Shown piece by piece: positions 34,501 to 48,811 of a stretch of 64,000 nt of DNA. This stretch comes from Balanoglossus misakiensis (taxonomy: Eukaryota > Animalia > Hemichordata). The position numbers and the translations under genes were made by a program. Location: the NCBI GenBank assembly GCA_040954595.2, contig CM082584.2, forward strand, positions 7,521,919 through 7,585,918, read 5' to 3'. The notes beneath the pieces were generated by a model. The model saw only the letters and a program-made list of their open reading frames with translations. It did no database searches and was not told the origin of the DNA. Numbering within the stretch: position 1 is the first letter of the stretch; each line of letters opens with the position of its first letter.

Positions 34501-37500
34501 TTTCAGCACGAAGAGAGAGCGAGAGATGGGGGGGGGGGACGAGAGAGAGATAGAGAAAAAAAAACACTGCTCAGGCAAACCGTGTGACGCAGGTAACAAT
34601 GAAAGATTACTAGCCACTTCTTGATATCGTTATGGCTCATTAAATTCTACCACCATTCCGGTCTCACACCCCATTCCGGCATGTCTCACACCACGGATCC
34701 AGCCATCAGGAAGGTGGTAGCCATCAATCCCGGCTCCCAATTAGATGTATCCGCTGCTGGTTCAGAGACCAGCTGTAATAAAAAAAGGGTGTTTCTGATG
34801 CAGTTAGGCAAATTGTGCATGGAGAATAGGGCTAAATGCAAGTAGTGTTGAAACAGGGTGACCAGTTTTCAACGCACACCATCATATATAACCTGTAGTT
34901 TCAGCCTGGTTGACTGAGTTGAAATTACCAATGCCCATGTAAATAGTTTTAGTCCATGCCCGCCAAAGGCAACTAAATTTTAAATGGCAAGTCTTTGGTA
35001 AATATGTAGTTTCTTTGAAAATTTTTGTATCATAGTCTAATAATACACCTCAGTATTTGTTGTTGCCTACGAGAGACTAGTTTTCATGGAAAGATATCGA
35101 CTCCATATTCAGTTCTTCCCCAAAGGTCGAGGCAGTGAAATGTTTGTCATAATGCCCCATCTTCTTGGGGGCAATCGATGAGCCAATTTATTGATCCTGG
35201 AAGAGTTTGTTTTCTGCCCAAAGTGTAGTAGTACATTGAGAAGATGTGGGTCAGTGCATCGCTTGATCAAAACAAGTGCGTTCTGCAGTTTTGAAAGAAG
35301 AAATAGAGTTACATGTACATGTATGTACATTACATAGATGATTTGAACTGAAACGGACAGATGACGCACTCGTTGTCAATATCATCGTTCAGATTCTGGA
35401 GACAATGTAAACAATCAGCTTACAGTTCCCAAACCAGTATTAATAGTTAATTATCTGATCTGATTTTAATGATGACCTCTGTGTGATTTTTGTCCCTTTT
35501 CATTTTTTTCCCTGTTGAAGAAAAGCGAATTCATGTATTTCAATAATATGCAGTGAAACTAAAATCAGGAATATGCATTGAGTCTTGAAGCCATACATGT
35601 ACCTCACTGTCTGCAGACGGTGAAGTTGTCAGTGAATGCGATGCCTGCATGCAGACTATGCATTGATCGAAATCAGTCGCAGTACAGTGTGTGTTCCCTA
35701 GGTCTCGGGATAATAATTATTTATGGCTAAAGAGTGTTTGCTCTCTGGTGCAAAGTACTGGCTGGTTTATTTCTGCCTGTTGAATTGTTAATATGGTAAG
35801 ATGTGAACGCACAAATCTGGGAACTAAAAAATACTACGTACTTTGTCACTGTGCGGGAAAAGCCTACTTCATCCCAGGTGGTACATGGAAACTGAAGTTG
35901 CCCCCCAGCAAAGGAAAAAACAGTGAATCATGGAGTTCATGTGTGCCACTGTGCTTTGACATGAAAGTCCCGGTAGAGCCATTTCATGCAGTTTTTTCGC
36001 CCTTATACAAAATATTCAATTATATGTACACTGCCTCTTACTTAGTATCAGTTGCACCTTTTTTCTCAGCAATGAGATGGTTGTCTCATAATGAACAGTC
36101 ATTGGAGTAAACATTTGGCAAATTCCAATTATCACTGCTATTTGAATAGCACCCTCATCACTGCACACACAAACTAACAGACTGTTATTGCTGCCCTAGA
36201 ACAGCTTTACTCTGTAGTATATTGGCGTTACACATGCCAACTTGATCCTTAATATCATCATCTGTCACAGTTTAAGATGTAATGTCTTGTTGAGGTTCCT
36301 ATACTTTCCGTACTGAATGCTAAACGAGATAAGTGTAATGAAAGTTTCGTGGACTCATTCGGGGACGGGCACGTGCGTCAAACGAATCCATTTCAAACGA
36401 GAAATACTGGTGATGTAATGATTATTGGCTTCGTTAGCGGCACCTGCTTGCAACAAGGCAAAAAAAAAAAGTCCAGTCACGGGTGTTGTCAGGTAGAATT
36501 AATGGCATTCAGTCATTTAATGGTAAAACATTGCCGCACAGATGACATTTTTACTGTCTTCATCAGGCGTACACTGGCACTTAATGGCGGTTTTCGAAAT
36601 GGTTATTGGTCGCTGGAATTTCTTTCAGACGCCTGGTAAAAGACTTGCATACTCATCACCTGTTTGATTTCTCCCGTGAGCGAAGCAAGAATTCCTGACA
36701 TATTCACGTCTTGCGCCTTGATGATGTCTGGTAATGCTGGATGCTTCTTGCGTTGTGTTGAGTGTAGGGCTGTTTGGATAGATTAATTTTTTTTAAAGAT
36801 ATCTTGAAGGCTGGTGGTAGCGGTGGTGGCAATTTTTTCTGGCTGTGAATTTCCAACGACTCCGTTCTCCAAGATTTTTATTCCATTTGTAGGGAAAATA
36901 CATGAATGATAGAGTGCCTTTCCCAATCGCTAAATATCTGTTTGACTGAAATGATCAATGTTGCAGAGACCTTTGTGACAAGATTAGTCTCCATCCGCTG
37001 GAAATAAGCCTTCAATATGCCAAGAAAATGAGAAACAAAAAGTGCCGTTATGATATTTTTGGCTTCATCAGTTTCCCAGAAAAGAAAATCATATTTTGAT
37101 AATCACTGTGGTAGCTTTTTAAGAAAAGAGAGGCATTTATGCCATGTAAATGGTTTTACATGTAACGTGAATTGTACTAGCAACGTATTCCTGTGTGAAG
37201 TAGCTGGGAGTTGATGCGTGGGTGTCTTTTGCATGTGTCGTCACAGTCGCAGTGAGATGGGCTGAACTTTCACTCCGATATCTTATCAGCTTTTATGCAG
37301 TGTTGGTTACTGCGTCATATGTTTGACTTTGAGGAGGATGTTTCTTTGTGTCAGATATACGCACTGTGCGACTTAGCTCCCAGGGTGCATTAATGTATGC
37401 ACTGATCCTTCTGTACTACTTCTAGTGCAAATCGTGGATTGTTAATTTCTTGTTCTGAGCTGCTTTCGGACTTCAGTGTATGTTAGTGCTTGAATGGGCT

Positions 37501-37961
37501 GTGTGCTCTGATTTTGACTGTGGTGTTTGCTAGTCGGCCATTTTGATTCATGGAAAATGAGATTGTGAATCAATATTAGTGGGGTTCACACTAGACAGTT
37601 TACTTCTTCTATTCCAGCCCTTTTTGTTGGGGGGGGGGGGAGAGGGTGACGGTGGTCATGTAATGGTTTGGGAGAAAGTACCAGTAAACAACCAGTCAAT
37701 TCAAACTTATGTCCAAAACTGATGTCAATGACTTCTTGGGCAGCGTTCTGCTTTGGCTTGATAGGTTTTATTGAATGTTGAATTCCAGAGCATAATTACG
37801 GGAATGAATGTATAAATGGAATAAATGGCAGTGCATAATTTGATCAGTCTGGGATATCCCAATTTTTTTGAAGTTGATAAATTCAATTAATTTCTGTGAA
37901 TTAGATTTGCATAAAATCATACGCCAGAAACACGTTACAGTTAACAATTTTATGGCTGTGT

Positions 37962-38129
37962 AGCCCCTTAGTTTTGTTAAGTTATTGCGTACTTAATTTG
38001 TGGTGACTCCTTAGGTTTCTGATTCATGTAACATATGATTTACACCCTAAATTTTGAGCCCCTTAGTTTTGTAAAGATTTGCCATACTGAGTAAGTGGTG
38101 ACGCCCTAGGTTTCTGATTCATGAAACAT
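37962..38129. repeat. Two-copy tandem duplication, ~95-bp unit
   Basis: AGCCCCTTAGTTTTGT.AAG...GTGGTGAC.CC.TAGGTTTCTGATTCATG.AACAT twice. Confidence 0.88.
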
Positions 38130-39754
38130 CCAACCAGAATCCAGAGGTAGTCCCTGTTGTAGGGAGAAGAAGTAGGGCCCAGTGTTACTCATCATGTTTC
38201 TAATAATGCAATAACAGCTCCGGAATCAGAACAAGTGCTCATCAGTGTTGCGAATGTAGCATCGGAAGAGAAGAAAGGGACGAAAAAAAAACCCAGCAAC
38301 ACAAAGCAGCATCTCAGAGAAAACAGCCCTTACAATTTAATGTATACTAACAAGGGAATTCATAGATTCACTAGAAGTCCTCGATAATCGGGCTTCAGTG
38401 GCGCTGGCTTGATACGTCTATACCCAACTGATAACAATCGAGGAAAATTCAGTTTGGCTTCATTCCCGTCAATTTACTGAGAATCTCTGATTCTGCTTTG
38501 AGAATCCACACCCATGGGCTTGACTGTCAGACTATCAAGTCAGTCGATACCGTGGTTAATCTATATCCTTAAAATGAAAAACAGATCCCCCAAAAGTTAC
38601 ATAGGATTAAACCCCTCAGGCAAGAAACCGTTTTGATGCCATTTTAATAATAAGCAACAAGCAAAGAAAATGAATCACCTTTTATATGAAAGAGCCTTAA
38701 TGTTCGATTCTTATTCTCCTCCGCGCTGGTGATTTTGCGCGAAAGAAAACATACAATATGATATGTCATATGCAGTACTCTAATTGATTGTTCCCAGGGC
38801 CCCGGTCTTTCTCTGACGCCGCTCATGTTTTCATTAATTTGACTCAACATACACCAACACGAGAATTAGATGCTAAATTTGTAATGATATACCGGGAATG
38901 ACTATCAGGGCGTCTGATTGTGTATACGGCTCACAGCCAATTTCCGCTGTAACATTTATACTTGTGTATAATTTGTTGCGCTGTGTTTATCATAGCCATA
39001 GGCTGATTTGGAAGCTGTTTTTTGTGAATTCTGTATTTCGTGGTGTTATTTGCGTGGATTGATATTGCCTACAGTTGCGTTTGTGACGAGGAGCGAAAAC
39101 CAACAATCTCAACGGGAGAGAGATAGTCGGTATGAGTTGAGAGTTGAGCTGTAACAACTGGTGATTGAGCGCGTTTTAGTGAGCGAAACAACATTAGCCA
39201 GTTTATCAAATGAAACTAAAATAGCCCAAACGATGTCACAAATGAGCGACTTTGTCCCTTTAACTGTGGTTTGTAGGAAACCAGCAAAGCCCAGCTCTTA
39301 TTTGCCCGAACACAGGCTCCTGAGGTCATTAATCGAAAAAGTTGAGATCATACCAGTATGAATAGATCAAGAACATGTAATCAAACTGTGGTATTAAATA
39401 TCCCTCAATTTTACAATCAGTGTATTCAACGCAAACAGTTGCCACAAACGATGCCCGTGTACCGCTTGGTAGTTTCAGGGTTTTTAATCACGGAAATGGA
39501 GGTTCGGTAATGCAGAAAACATCAAGATACAGTCCGGTTCTTTCATCTCTATCGACTGCGATGCATCATATCAGTCAGATCAGTAAATGCATATGTATGA
39601 ATTCCCCCTGGGCGATATCGACTGAAATATCGTAATGTCATATACGGCATTGGTGTTATCAACAGCTGCAGGTCCTTGTTAAAGACATTTCTTACTTTAG
39701 AAAATTGCTTTCTTTTGAATCAATGCTCGGTCCCAATTATGTACCATTATTTAA

Positions 39755-40061
39755 GGTCAGAAAAAGCCTGGAAGTTGGTACTGTTTTGAGCCTTACCGCC
39801 TATAAAACGTGAATGTGGATGTACCTAGCAAATCGTCTCAAAAGTGAAATTCAAAATGGCCGCCTCTCTCTGTGTTAATTCTGTGGAGAAAATTTTAAGT
39901 AGAGAACTTTATGAAAACAAGACGGTGGACACCCAGTTTTCTTCTTTGTTTCAAGCAGCCCCCCCCCCCCCCCACACACACACACATTTTAGTTAAATAT
40001 AGAAAAGAGAGATTTTGAGGAGTATTTTTTCAGAAAGTCTGTCTCCATGGCGCGTACCGCC
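39755..40061 (+). mobile_element. Kolobok-like (TTAA-GG) MITE family, copy with internal C/AC run
   Basis: TTAA|GG...GGCGCGTACCGCC|TGAA; 39850-39950 is highly similar to 48608-48709 (TTCAAAATGG.CGCC...TGGAGAAAATTT.AAGTAGA...ATGAAAACAAGACGGTG.ACACCCAGTTTTCTTCTTTG). Confidence 0.8.
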
Positions 40062-43000
40062 TGAAAATGAACTGTGAGAACCGGAGCAGCCTGCCCTGAC
40101 GTTTATTGAGATGCATAAATTTCAAAACTGTAACCAGACGCCGTTCAGTTATTAAACATGGTTCGATGCATTTATGGTTGATATGATCACAACCAGATCG
40201 CAATACATGGGTGTGACTGTGAGCAGACTTGTAGATCTCATGTCATCGCGTGAACCCGGTCGTCTCCAGCGGGCAAGAACTCGTTTCCATGGTTACCGTT
40301 GCTGGCCTCGCTGTGTCTGGCTTTTTGGAGACTGTACCATGGAGCCTGGATCCTGATTATCCCTGTTCATGTTAGCCAAATCATGGCCATTAGTGATCTA
40401 TTACCCGGCGTAATATTCCTTCGGAACGCTTTGAATCTCATGGATGTGACATTTTGTTGGGAAAAAAAAGGCTTCTGGGGCAGGAGATGTCTTTAGTGGA
40501 AGTATACTTATTAGTCTAATTGCTGTAGTGTGGTTTAGAAATATTTAGTCATCTGCAGATATGTATTCTTAAGTTTAACAATTGATTCTAATGAATACTG
40601 TTTTCTTCAGGATTTTTTAAGCGGCAAAGCAAGATTTTCCTCTCACTACTGCCGGAACTTCCGAGAATCAAAACAGGAATTGGATTTGAATTGTACGAGG
40701 CCGTAATGAATGTGATTTGTGTCGTATTGTAGACGTGATTCAGCAAGGTTTCCTCACTAAATGCAGTGATTGGTGTTCTGAAACTTATTTCGGGAGGCTA
40801 TTGGCTTGAATGGAATTTTTAACCGCTTTGCCCAAGTGTCAGCAATCAAGCAGCGATTGTAGCCGACAATGGTAGTGTTTAACTTTCAGTGAAATCATCA
40901 ACATCTGTTCTGGTCATCTGAAAACATCAGTGTCATGAAAAGATGGGTGGGCCAATTTCTCAAAATAGTTTACACTGCGTTTTGACTCTGTGCTGATTGA
41001 CAGATTACGGTAAGAATAATTAGACAGTGTTGCATCACAGTCCCTGGAGCAAGAGGGTCTACGTGATTACATTGTGTTACACTAAATTTGACTGAGATCC
41101 AGAAATTCTGACTGACTCTTCCCTTCGGTCAGGTTGTCGCTATCGAATCAAATGCCTATCAGTGGTGTCTCTTATGTGTGCTTTGAATTGCCTCGAATCG
41201 TGTGAAGACGATTATGGCGAAAATGCTTTGCTAGTAGCATTGGGGATTCTGATTAAGTAATTTTACATTTCCACTGTTTGCTCTTCATGACTCATGGACA
41301 GTGTATTATTGGGAATTACATTAAAATCGACTACATGTACATTGTACCTATTCACGTTCATACCCTGTATTATGGGTATGTACGCTTGTCTGATGGTAGC
41401 TAACGCATTGCGGGGATAATTTTATAATCTCTGTTTGCGGACGTGTGTCGCGGGATAAGTCATTCCTCGGTGCAAGGTGGACAAGGAGAGACGTTACAAT
41501 ATGACAAATGCATTTTCAGACTAATGAGGGTTAAGTCCTTTCACAAAACCATGATATATGGATGTTCTCGTAGCTCCCTAGTAAAAACCAAGGTTGCTTA
41601 TCACTTTTTAAAACTCAGCATAAGCTGTTTCCATTCAAATAGAAATCTGGATTATATTCCCTCTGTCCAGATTTACAACAACTTGCAGGTAGCTTTAATT
41701 GCCAAGGCTCGATAAAAGGCTTCTTTTGAGTTGTGATTGAGAGCCAGCTGCTCTGACAACGAGTATCAGTTCGTAGCCATTCGAAATCGGTTGTCAGGCT
41801 TGTGATCTGCAGAAAAAGTAATAAAGTAGCGTTGTTATTGAATTCTGAAATCCTATAGGCGCCATCTTGTTCTGGGAATATTGACTGACTGTCCATCACT
41901 GTCTGCATATCATCAGTCTTTCAGTAATTTGCTCATTTATTCATAGATGTGTGAAGGAATATCTCGACACGTCAGTTCTCGTAATGGCCGTTGTTTCGTA
42001 AACTACATCCGTTTCTATCATTTTTCAAAATCACTTCCTGAGACGATATCTGTGCTGCTCCAAATAAGATTACACTGCATGTTATTTGTGACGGAACTGG
42101 TGAATCAGACTTCGGTTTAAATGAGTCATGCATTTTCTTTCTTTAGATTAATATTCCTGCAGGGTAGATTTCCTATAAAAGATATTGACTGCAACTGAAG
42201 ACAGTACATGTGCAAAATTACAGTATGACTAAATCACCATGGATACACAGACAGTAATACCAGTACTTTGTAAAGCACGCCCTCTATGACATTTAAACAA
42301 AAGCTTCTGTGGAATCATCGTAGGGGGGCAATGTCGCAGACTTCTGTGGATGTCTTTAAGCATATCAATGGATGAGAGAGGTGGCCCTGAGGTAGCTTAC
42401 AGGAGTATTTCACACGTGGATAGGAAGTGGACAAAGTGGTCTTTTAGACGCGGACAATTGGCCGGCCGCAGTTATACGAGTTTGTGAATGGGCTAGAATA
42501 ATCACTAGGCTTTTAATCGCAGACTGGCTGATGATTCACATTGTTTTTTATTCAAATACGGACACACTAATCTGGGAGTAGTCTGGGACAAGTACTGTGC
42601 TGCATTTTTTGGGAGGATTTCGCGCTCATCAAGAAAACCGGCTTGGTGGTTTTGGTTCGGTTACTTTCATACTTGGTGGACTGAAGTGACTGTATTTTGT
42701 GCATGTGTGATTGTCACGCTACCGGACACCCCAAAGAGTGTGACAAAGGTACCCCCTCCTAGCTAGGCTGCTCAGGGTCAGTTTCCCCACACTGAAGGTG
42801 TTATTGTCATTGCGGTGTTGATTGGCGCTTTGATACTTGCAGTCTCTCTGGTGACTGCATTCCTGTCTAGGGATCTTGGCTGGGCAGAGTTAGAAGGTAA
42901 AAAAAAAATCACATTTAGATAACATTTTGTTGCTCCAGTGAAGATGCTATGAATGACACTATGATAGGATGAAAGCAGTGTCTGTTATAGACAAGGCATG

Positions 43001-46000
43001 TTGATAGTTATGTAGTAGCACTGTCAATGTTTCACCCAGGGTTTATTTTAGTTTTACTAAAGCCTAAGGCATGGAAATCTTGTGAAAAGGATTCAAGATT
43101 GTGTAACAGTTTTGATGTGCCTGATGTAAGCTCCGCATAATATAGAACAAGACAATGAGATATTTTCTTTGTGGTACAGATGAATTTTAATAGCAATTTA
43201 TTTTACCAGAATCAATTTAAGCCTTTCACCCATAGAAAACAATGCATTTGCATTCAACAACCTCGCTGATGAGGCAAAAAATACCTGTATTTACATGTAA
43301 AGGTGTAGGGCTAACACAAAAAAAACTCTATAAATTTCTAAATTTACAGAAAGCTTTACAAAATTGTGTCTATTGAGGACACACTGTGTATTCCCCATTG
43401 AATGTCACCTTGCACTTGCTTTCAATGGTGTAAAATTATAAGCGAGGTGGTTCTTTGGTAACAAGGACTTCACGGCCATATCTGTCTGGACAGATATGTA
43501 CTGTTGTCAGTAGAAGAAGGGCAATGACCCATGCCTGTATACATGTATGTGTACTGTATGACTGTACAGTTTGTGTGAATAGGGGAACCTTCTATCATGT
43601 ACAGTACAGTACAGTGTATCCATATCCCGCTGTGTGGACAATGACAACTTGTCGCTGGTAGACATGAAGTGTCCCCCAATAGGCTGCTTCTGTATCAGAT
43701 TTCCTGTGGTGTGAAGAGTGTTCGTCTCAGTGAGTGTTGTGGGGTCTGTGTCAGTTTGAAGTATCAAGTATTGGTGAGTGTGTTATTCTGATCGATAACG
43801 TGTTTTCAGTCCGCTGGACTTGGATTGACCTAGCGATCAAATTTCTAAAAACCACTTCCAAGTAGACCAATTGACATGAATCTAAAATGTTACAAGGGTG
43901 TGTTATCCGTTTCAAGTTTTTCTTCTTCTCGAGTGTCATTTATGTATTACACGTTATTAGGGTGCATACTTAGCCGTCAATCACCAGGCCAAGAAGGGTT
44001 GTTGAATGACGCATCTTCTCTGCGTTTGAAAAGAAACGCGCGAGTTTCATTAGTCAACAAACTGGTGTACAAGTCCTGTCCAAGTGAAACCGCTGCTAAC
44101 AAACTATGACTGATAAACACACGGGAACTGTATTGGGGGGAACATGACGTCATTCGCGTCACGACCTGGATGTGTGAAGGTCATGGCAGAAGTAGGTCTC
44201 TGCTGACGAATGAGTGTTGTCCATTCATAAACTTCCTACCGTACGACGCGCAGACAGGTGTGTGTATGTGTGCTTCATAAAGACAAAAACATACTCTCCA
44301 AGAAAAGTGAATATTTTTGGTTGACTGGTGTACAGACTATTGAGGACAGATAACGTGTCGTCTCCTAACTTATGTGACTTGACAAGTGATGAGTAAGTAC
44401 TGAGTTTATATATGTCTGTGAAGTACCTCGTAAAATTTGATATACATCGGTGAGTGTAATATTGACATGACACATTCTGACTGTGGTTGGAATACGTGTA
44501 GTCATCGTGTAGGCAAGAGTGTGTTGTTTAAACTGAAAAGCGAAAATTTTATATCTAATCATGTGTATCAGGCTTGTACAGTGAGTGTATGATATCTGTC
44601 GGACTGCATGGTGTCAACATGACCCCACCAGGTCACTATGTCAGCATAGTTCAAACTGTTTATGACTATATCCTCTGTCAGCGACGTTAATTTTCCCATA
44701 ACACCTTACTACAGAAAAAAATCACTGGAATTATGATTAGGTGTTTAATTTGTTGTCTTACCAATGTTATGGCATTGTTGTTATTGTTTTCAAGGCTGGA
44801 CATGAATTCATTTGTCAACAATAACAATGGTCCATACATATGTTTATCTTGTGGTGGAAACTTGTAACGTCATATTCAGTTTGTTTTGGGTTGAACTTTG
44901 ACCCTTTGACAACGGCGTTCTTTGTCGTATATCCACCCATGAATAACAACGCAAATTACATGACTGTATAAAATTGAACAACAGGAACTTTTCAGGATGT
45001 AGTGTTCGGTATCGGGTAGTTGTTTGCTTTCTGTTTGCCCATCAGCATCATTCATTGTCATCGTTGTTGAGGGCAGTGTTCGGTGATGCTCCTGACGATC
45101 TCTCTCAGCCAGCGCCCTCCTGTGTGGCACCCAGTATATTGCAGATTAAATTTGGTCCATTTCCGTATAAAAGAATTCAGTCAGTTGCCCCGCAGGATCA
45201 AACAACTCATCTTACCGGGTAATAGAATTTTCCCCCCTCTCAGTTTAAAGTTCATTCGGTAATGACTTAAGATCCAGCCAAGCTATTTGACGTAAGGAGT
45301 CTTTGTACCTGCGCCTTTTACAAGACAGATGATACATTCACATCCGCTGATTCAATTCTCTCCTAATATTTATTAGTTCATCAGTTGCTATGGCGACCGT
45401 AATTAGATAAGACATGGCACAGTAATGACCATTATCGATGCTGCCCGTTCGCGAAATTGCACAAAGTGGAAGAGGATTTATTTCATGCAGGACCTCCCGA
45501 ACCCCAGGTATGCCAGCAGATTACAGCATCAACCTGGTTTCAAGGTTTTCTTGATCAACTCTTTAAGTGGCACTGATTTTGTGGAAGGCAGCGAGGTTTA
45601 ATGGAAACTCGGTACGATGAATCAGTCCCCCTGGAGTGCGAATGGGAACACGACTTTGCTCTATTTCTTCCCTTTCATGGCCCGAGGCCAAAGAAAAAAA
45701 TCATAACTCAGGAATATATATTTCGCTTTTGACGTTGATTTATGCGTCAATGGGTCGGTTGGACCGCAGGAACAACAAGGATGCAGACTCGTAAAATAGA
45801 AAATCACATTTCGAGCCAATTTCCCCGAGCCATCTATCCTGAAAAGAAATGTCTAAATGGTGAATATTGAAGGGAAATTAGTTTAATTGTGGGACATGAT
45901 GAATAATTTGGTCCTCATCGGAAAAGGGTCAGCAACCCATGAGTGTCAGGTGTTGTATGTATCGGTAGTACTGATGAAGGCTGACGAGAGAATTCGGTGT

Positions 46001-46179
46001 TGCGTGTTGTGGAGCAAAAGTACAATTGTATCACAGTCCCTCTATTTAGTTGTACATAACAAGCTATGTGTGTGTGTGCCGTTGGGATATACATACTGTG
46101 TTACATACTAGTACATATATACATGTCCATGGACATACAATGTACATAGTTACATACATGAACAAGCGAATAAATCAAC

Positions 46180-46270
46180 AAGCGAACAAACAAACAAACA
46201 AACAAACATAAACAAATAAACAAACAAATACATAAACAAACAAATAAATAACCAAACACATATATACAAA
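46180..46270. repeat. Degenerate (AAAC/AAAT)n low-complexity tract
   Basis: Direct reading. Confidence 0.8.
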
Positions 46271-47607
46271 CACATACATGCACCCATAAATACAAATATG
46301 TATTGTAAATTATTGTTTACTAGTTTAACTCCCCAAATAAGCGCCATAAATTGCACAAGCTGTTGTGTGGTAGATGCTACTACATGTATGAAGAAAACAT
46401 GTTGCAAAGACAGGGATCCATGAATTCCGGCGATATGCAAATCAGTTGATGCTCTGATGTCTTATTTATCGTCCAATCGTAACAATTTCACCCTGCGCTA
46501 TAAATTAATAAAAAAACAGCTTCCCAAAGGGTCATGCATGCAGTCTACATGCACGGCAGGAAAGCCCAGTTTGTTTTGACAGATCACTGTCGATAATCTA
46601 GTCTTCTGTAATTTGTATCAGCTAGATCAGTTCAGGTACGAACGAGAGTGCCGTTCACATTAGCAACAGTCCTTTTATGATTCTGTATTGTACCTGTTCC
46701 TTTCTATGGTAAAGTTTGACCGCTATGATTTGTAAAGGTCGGTGCCTGACTCCACTCAGGGCTTGCATAATTCACAGTCTCTTTTCTATGCCCCTCAGGT
46801 TGAATTGTCACATAGCAGTTTTTTCCCGAGTAAAGATGGTATCCGAATAATGTAAATATGAAGCAATACCGTGTATATTGATATTTAGAGGAATTAGATT
46901 TTCAGAGGAAAGAATTGGATGATGCATAATTGAAACGGCAAGTGTACATAAATCATGTTCTGGTAGTGGTAATGTGTCGGAGGTTGGACAGTTTCGATGA
47001 ATAATAGAAAATGTCATTACTGTAGGATTTCACCCACAGTGTATTTAAACTGTGAAGTACTTAAATCCTGTATTTCCGGAACGCAGTGTACGGAATCGAG
47101 GAATAACAAGATGGAAAACCCGAAGACAGCGGGAGCTGTGCATGATTTTTTAATAAGGATTTCCCGTGTTGACATTAGTCCTTCAAGGTCGGATCGTGTG
47201 CGAGTTTACGAACACGTCGGTGAAAATACGATGCTGTAGAGTCTCTGCTGCCCACTATCTCGGAGGTGCCTCGTTTCCATGGCGATGGATCACTCCCACA
47301 AAAGGCTGAATTTGTTTGTGAGATTTGTGGCTGGTGGCACTGACGTTTAGAAGCTCTGTGGCTGTAGGGGAGGAGCATTGTCGGTTGTGTCTTGTTTTTT
47401 TGTTTTTTTAATGTGAGGGTTAACGAACCACCCGTCACCTCTCGTAATCTGCATGTGTATTCACGCGGGTGTCTTGAGTGGCTCACGTTGTCCTGCCCTG
47501 TGCGTCGTCGCAGAACCAACCAGTGTTGCTTGTACGCAGCAGCGCACAGCGAGAGTAAAAGGGCTGGTCTGCATATTAATGCTGTCATTGTACCGACGCG
47601 ACATCTT

Positions 47608-47678
47608 TATAAATGGGCTCTCACTGTGAGCTGGTGTTGTTGCATGTAGTACGGCGACCACCAAGACATGCTTGAGTC
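47608..47678 (+). promoter_or_regulatory. TATA-containing candidate internal promoter and short first exon
   Basis: TATAAA at 47608-47613; GAC-ATG at 47668; consensus donor GTGAGT at 47679. Confidence 0.45.
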
Positions 47679-48458
47679 GTGAGTATTATATGACCCACTC
47701 TTTCTTTGCACTAGAACACTAACCTGTGACACTGTAGTTTCTTTTTTTTTATTTGTCGGGTTTTCGAATCCCCAGATCGTTTATTGTTAGGCGGTATATG
47801 CCATGAGTTAATACCAGCGACATTACTTTTAATTTTCTGTACTCAAATGTGTGGGAGTGCAGTGGTTAGGATCGATGGCTTTTTTTACGGCGAGTTAAAG
47901 TAATCACAAAGACAGGAGAAAAATGATCCATTGATTACCAGCCAGGCACTTTCTACGTTCTGAACTCAATTGTCATCCTGAAAACATTTCCGGTGTCTTG
48001 CTTGCAACATGGCATATGTTGTGGGGAGTGCCGTCGATGAGCTCGGGCATTGAGTGTTCTTCTCGGTTTGTGTTCTAAGACCCAGGAAAGGGAGAATGTT
48101 TTTTCCCTTGTAGCCAAGGGTGTACTGCAACCCCACCCAGTCACTGCTGTGATAAACACACTTCACTATCTCGCGCGCAGTGTGAACTGATGAATTGTTA
48201 CCATGGTAACTGATATGTTTTAAATTACTTCCTGCTCTTTCTGGCAGATTTTAAAAAAGAATTTTTTTTTTCGCATTCTCGGTGATATTAGAATACCGAG
48301 GGCAGAAGCCGATTCTCTTTATTCTCGCTCTGAGTAATTGACGGTTCAGTTTCCCCACGCTTTAGAAATTTTCTCGTGACTCTCACGTAGCACATGAGAA
48401 CATACATTGATTCCTGCGGATGAATTTACCTCAGGAAGTATAGTTGGCACTTTGTTAA

Positions 48459-48811
48459 GGTAGAATGTGCTTCGAAAATCAGTCTTAAGCTTTCTCTAGT
48501 ATTTTGCTCAAGGCAACTTTAGATTGAAATCCAGAAAAAAAATGAGGAGTAACTGAAAAATTTTGAACGGCAGAGCAAAATTGTGCCAAATTGTCTCAAT
48601 TATTATATTCAAAATGGTCGCCAATCTCTGTGTTAAGTCTATGGAGAAAATTTAAAGTAGAAATTTTCATGAAAACAAGACGGTGAACACCCAGTTTTCT
48701 TCTTTGCTTTATTACAAAGAGTTTCCCTGCACACTTTACTATAGCAAAATAATTAGAAATTTTGAAGGATTATCATTTTTCGTAAAATCTGTCCCTGAGG
48801 CAAGCACTGTC
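48459..48811 (+). mobile_element. Kolobok-like (TTAA-GG) MITE family, full-length copy
   Basis: Flanked by TTAA on both sides (48455-48458, 48812-48815), degenerate TIRs, interior shared with the copies at 39755 and 20676. Confidence 0.8.

Noticed and set aside
37962-38129. Direct repeats as a possible CRISPR-like array (also 9550-9845 and 20526-20581)
   Set aside because: Only two copies each, no unique spacers, no cas genes, eukaryotic context.
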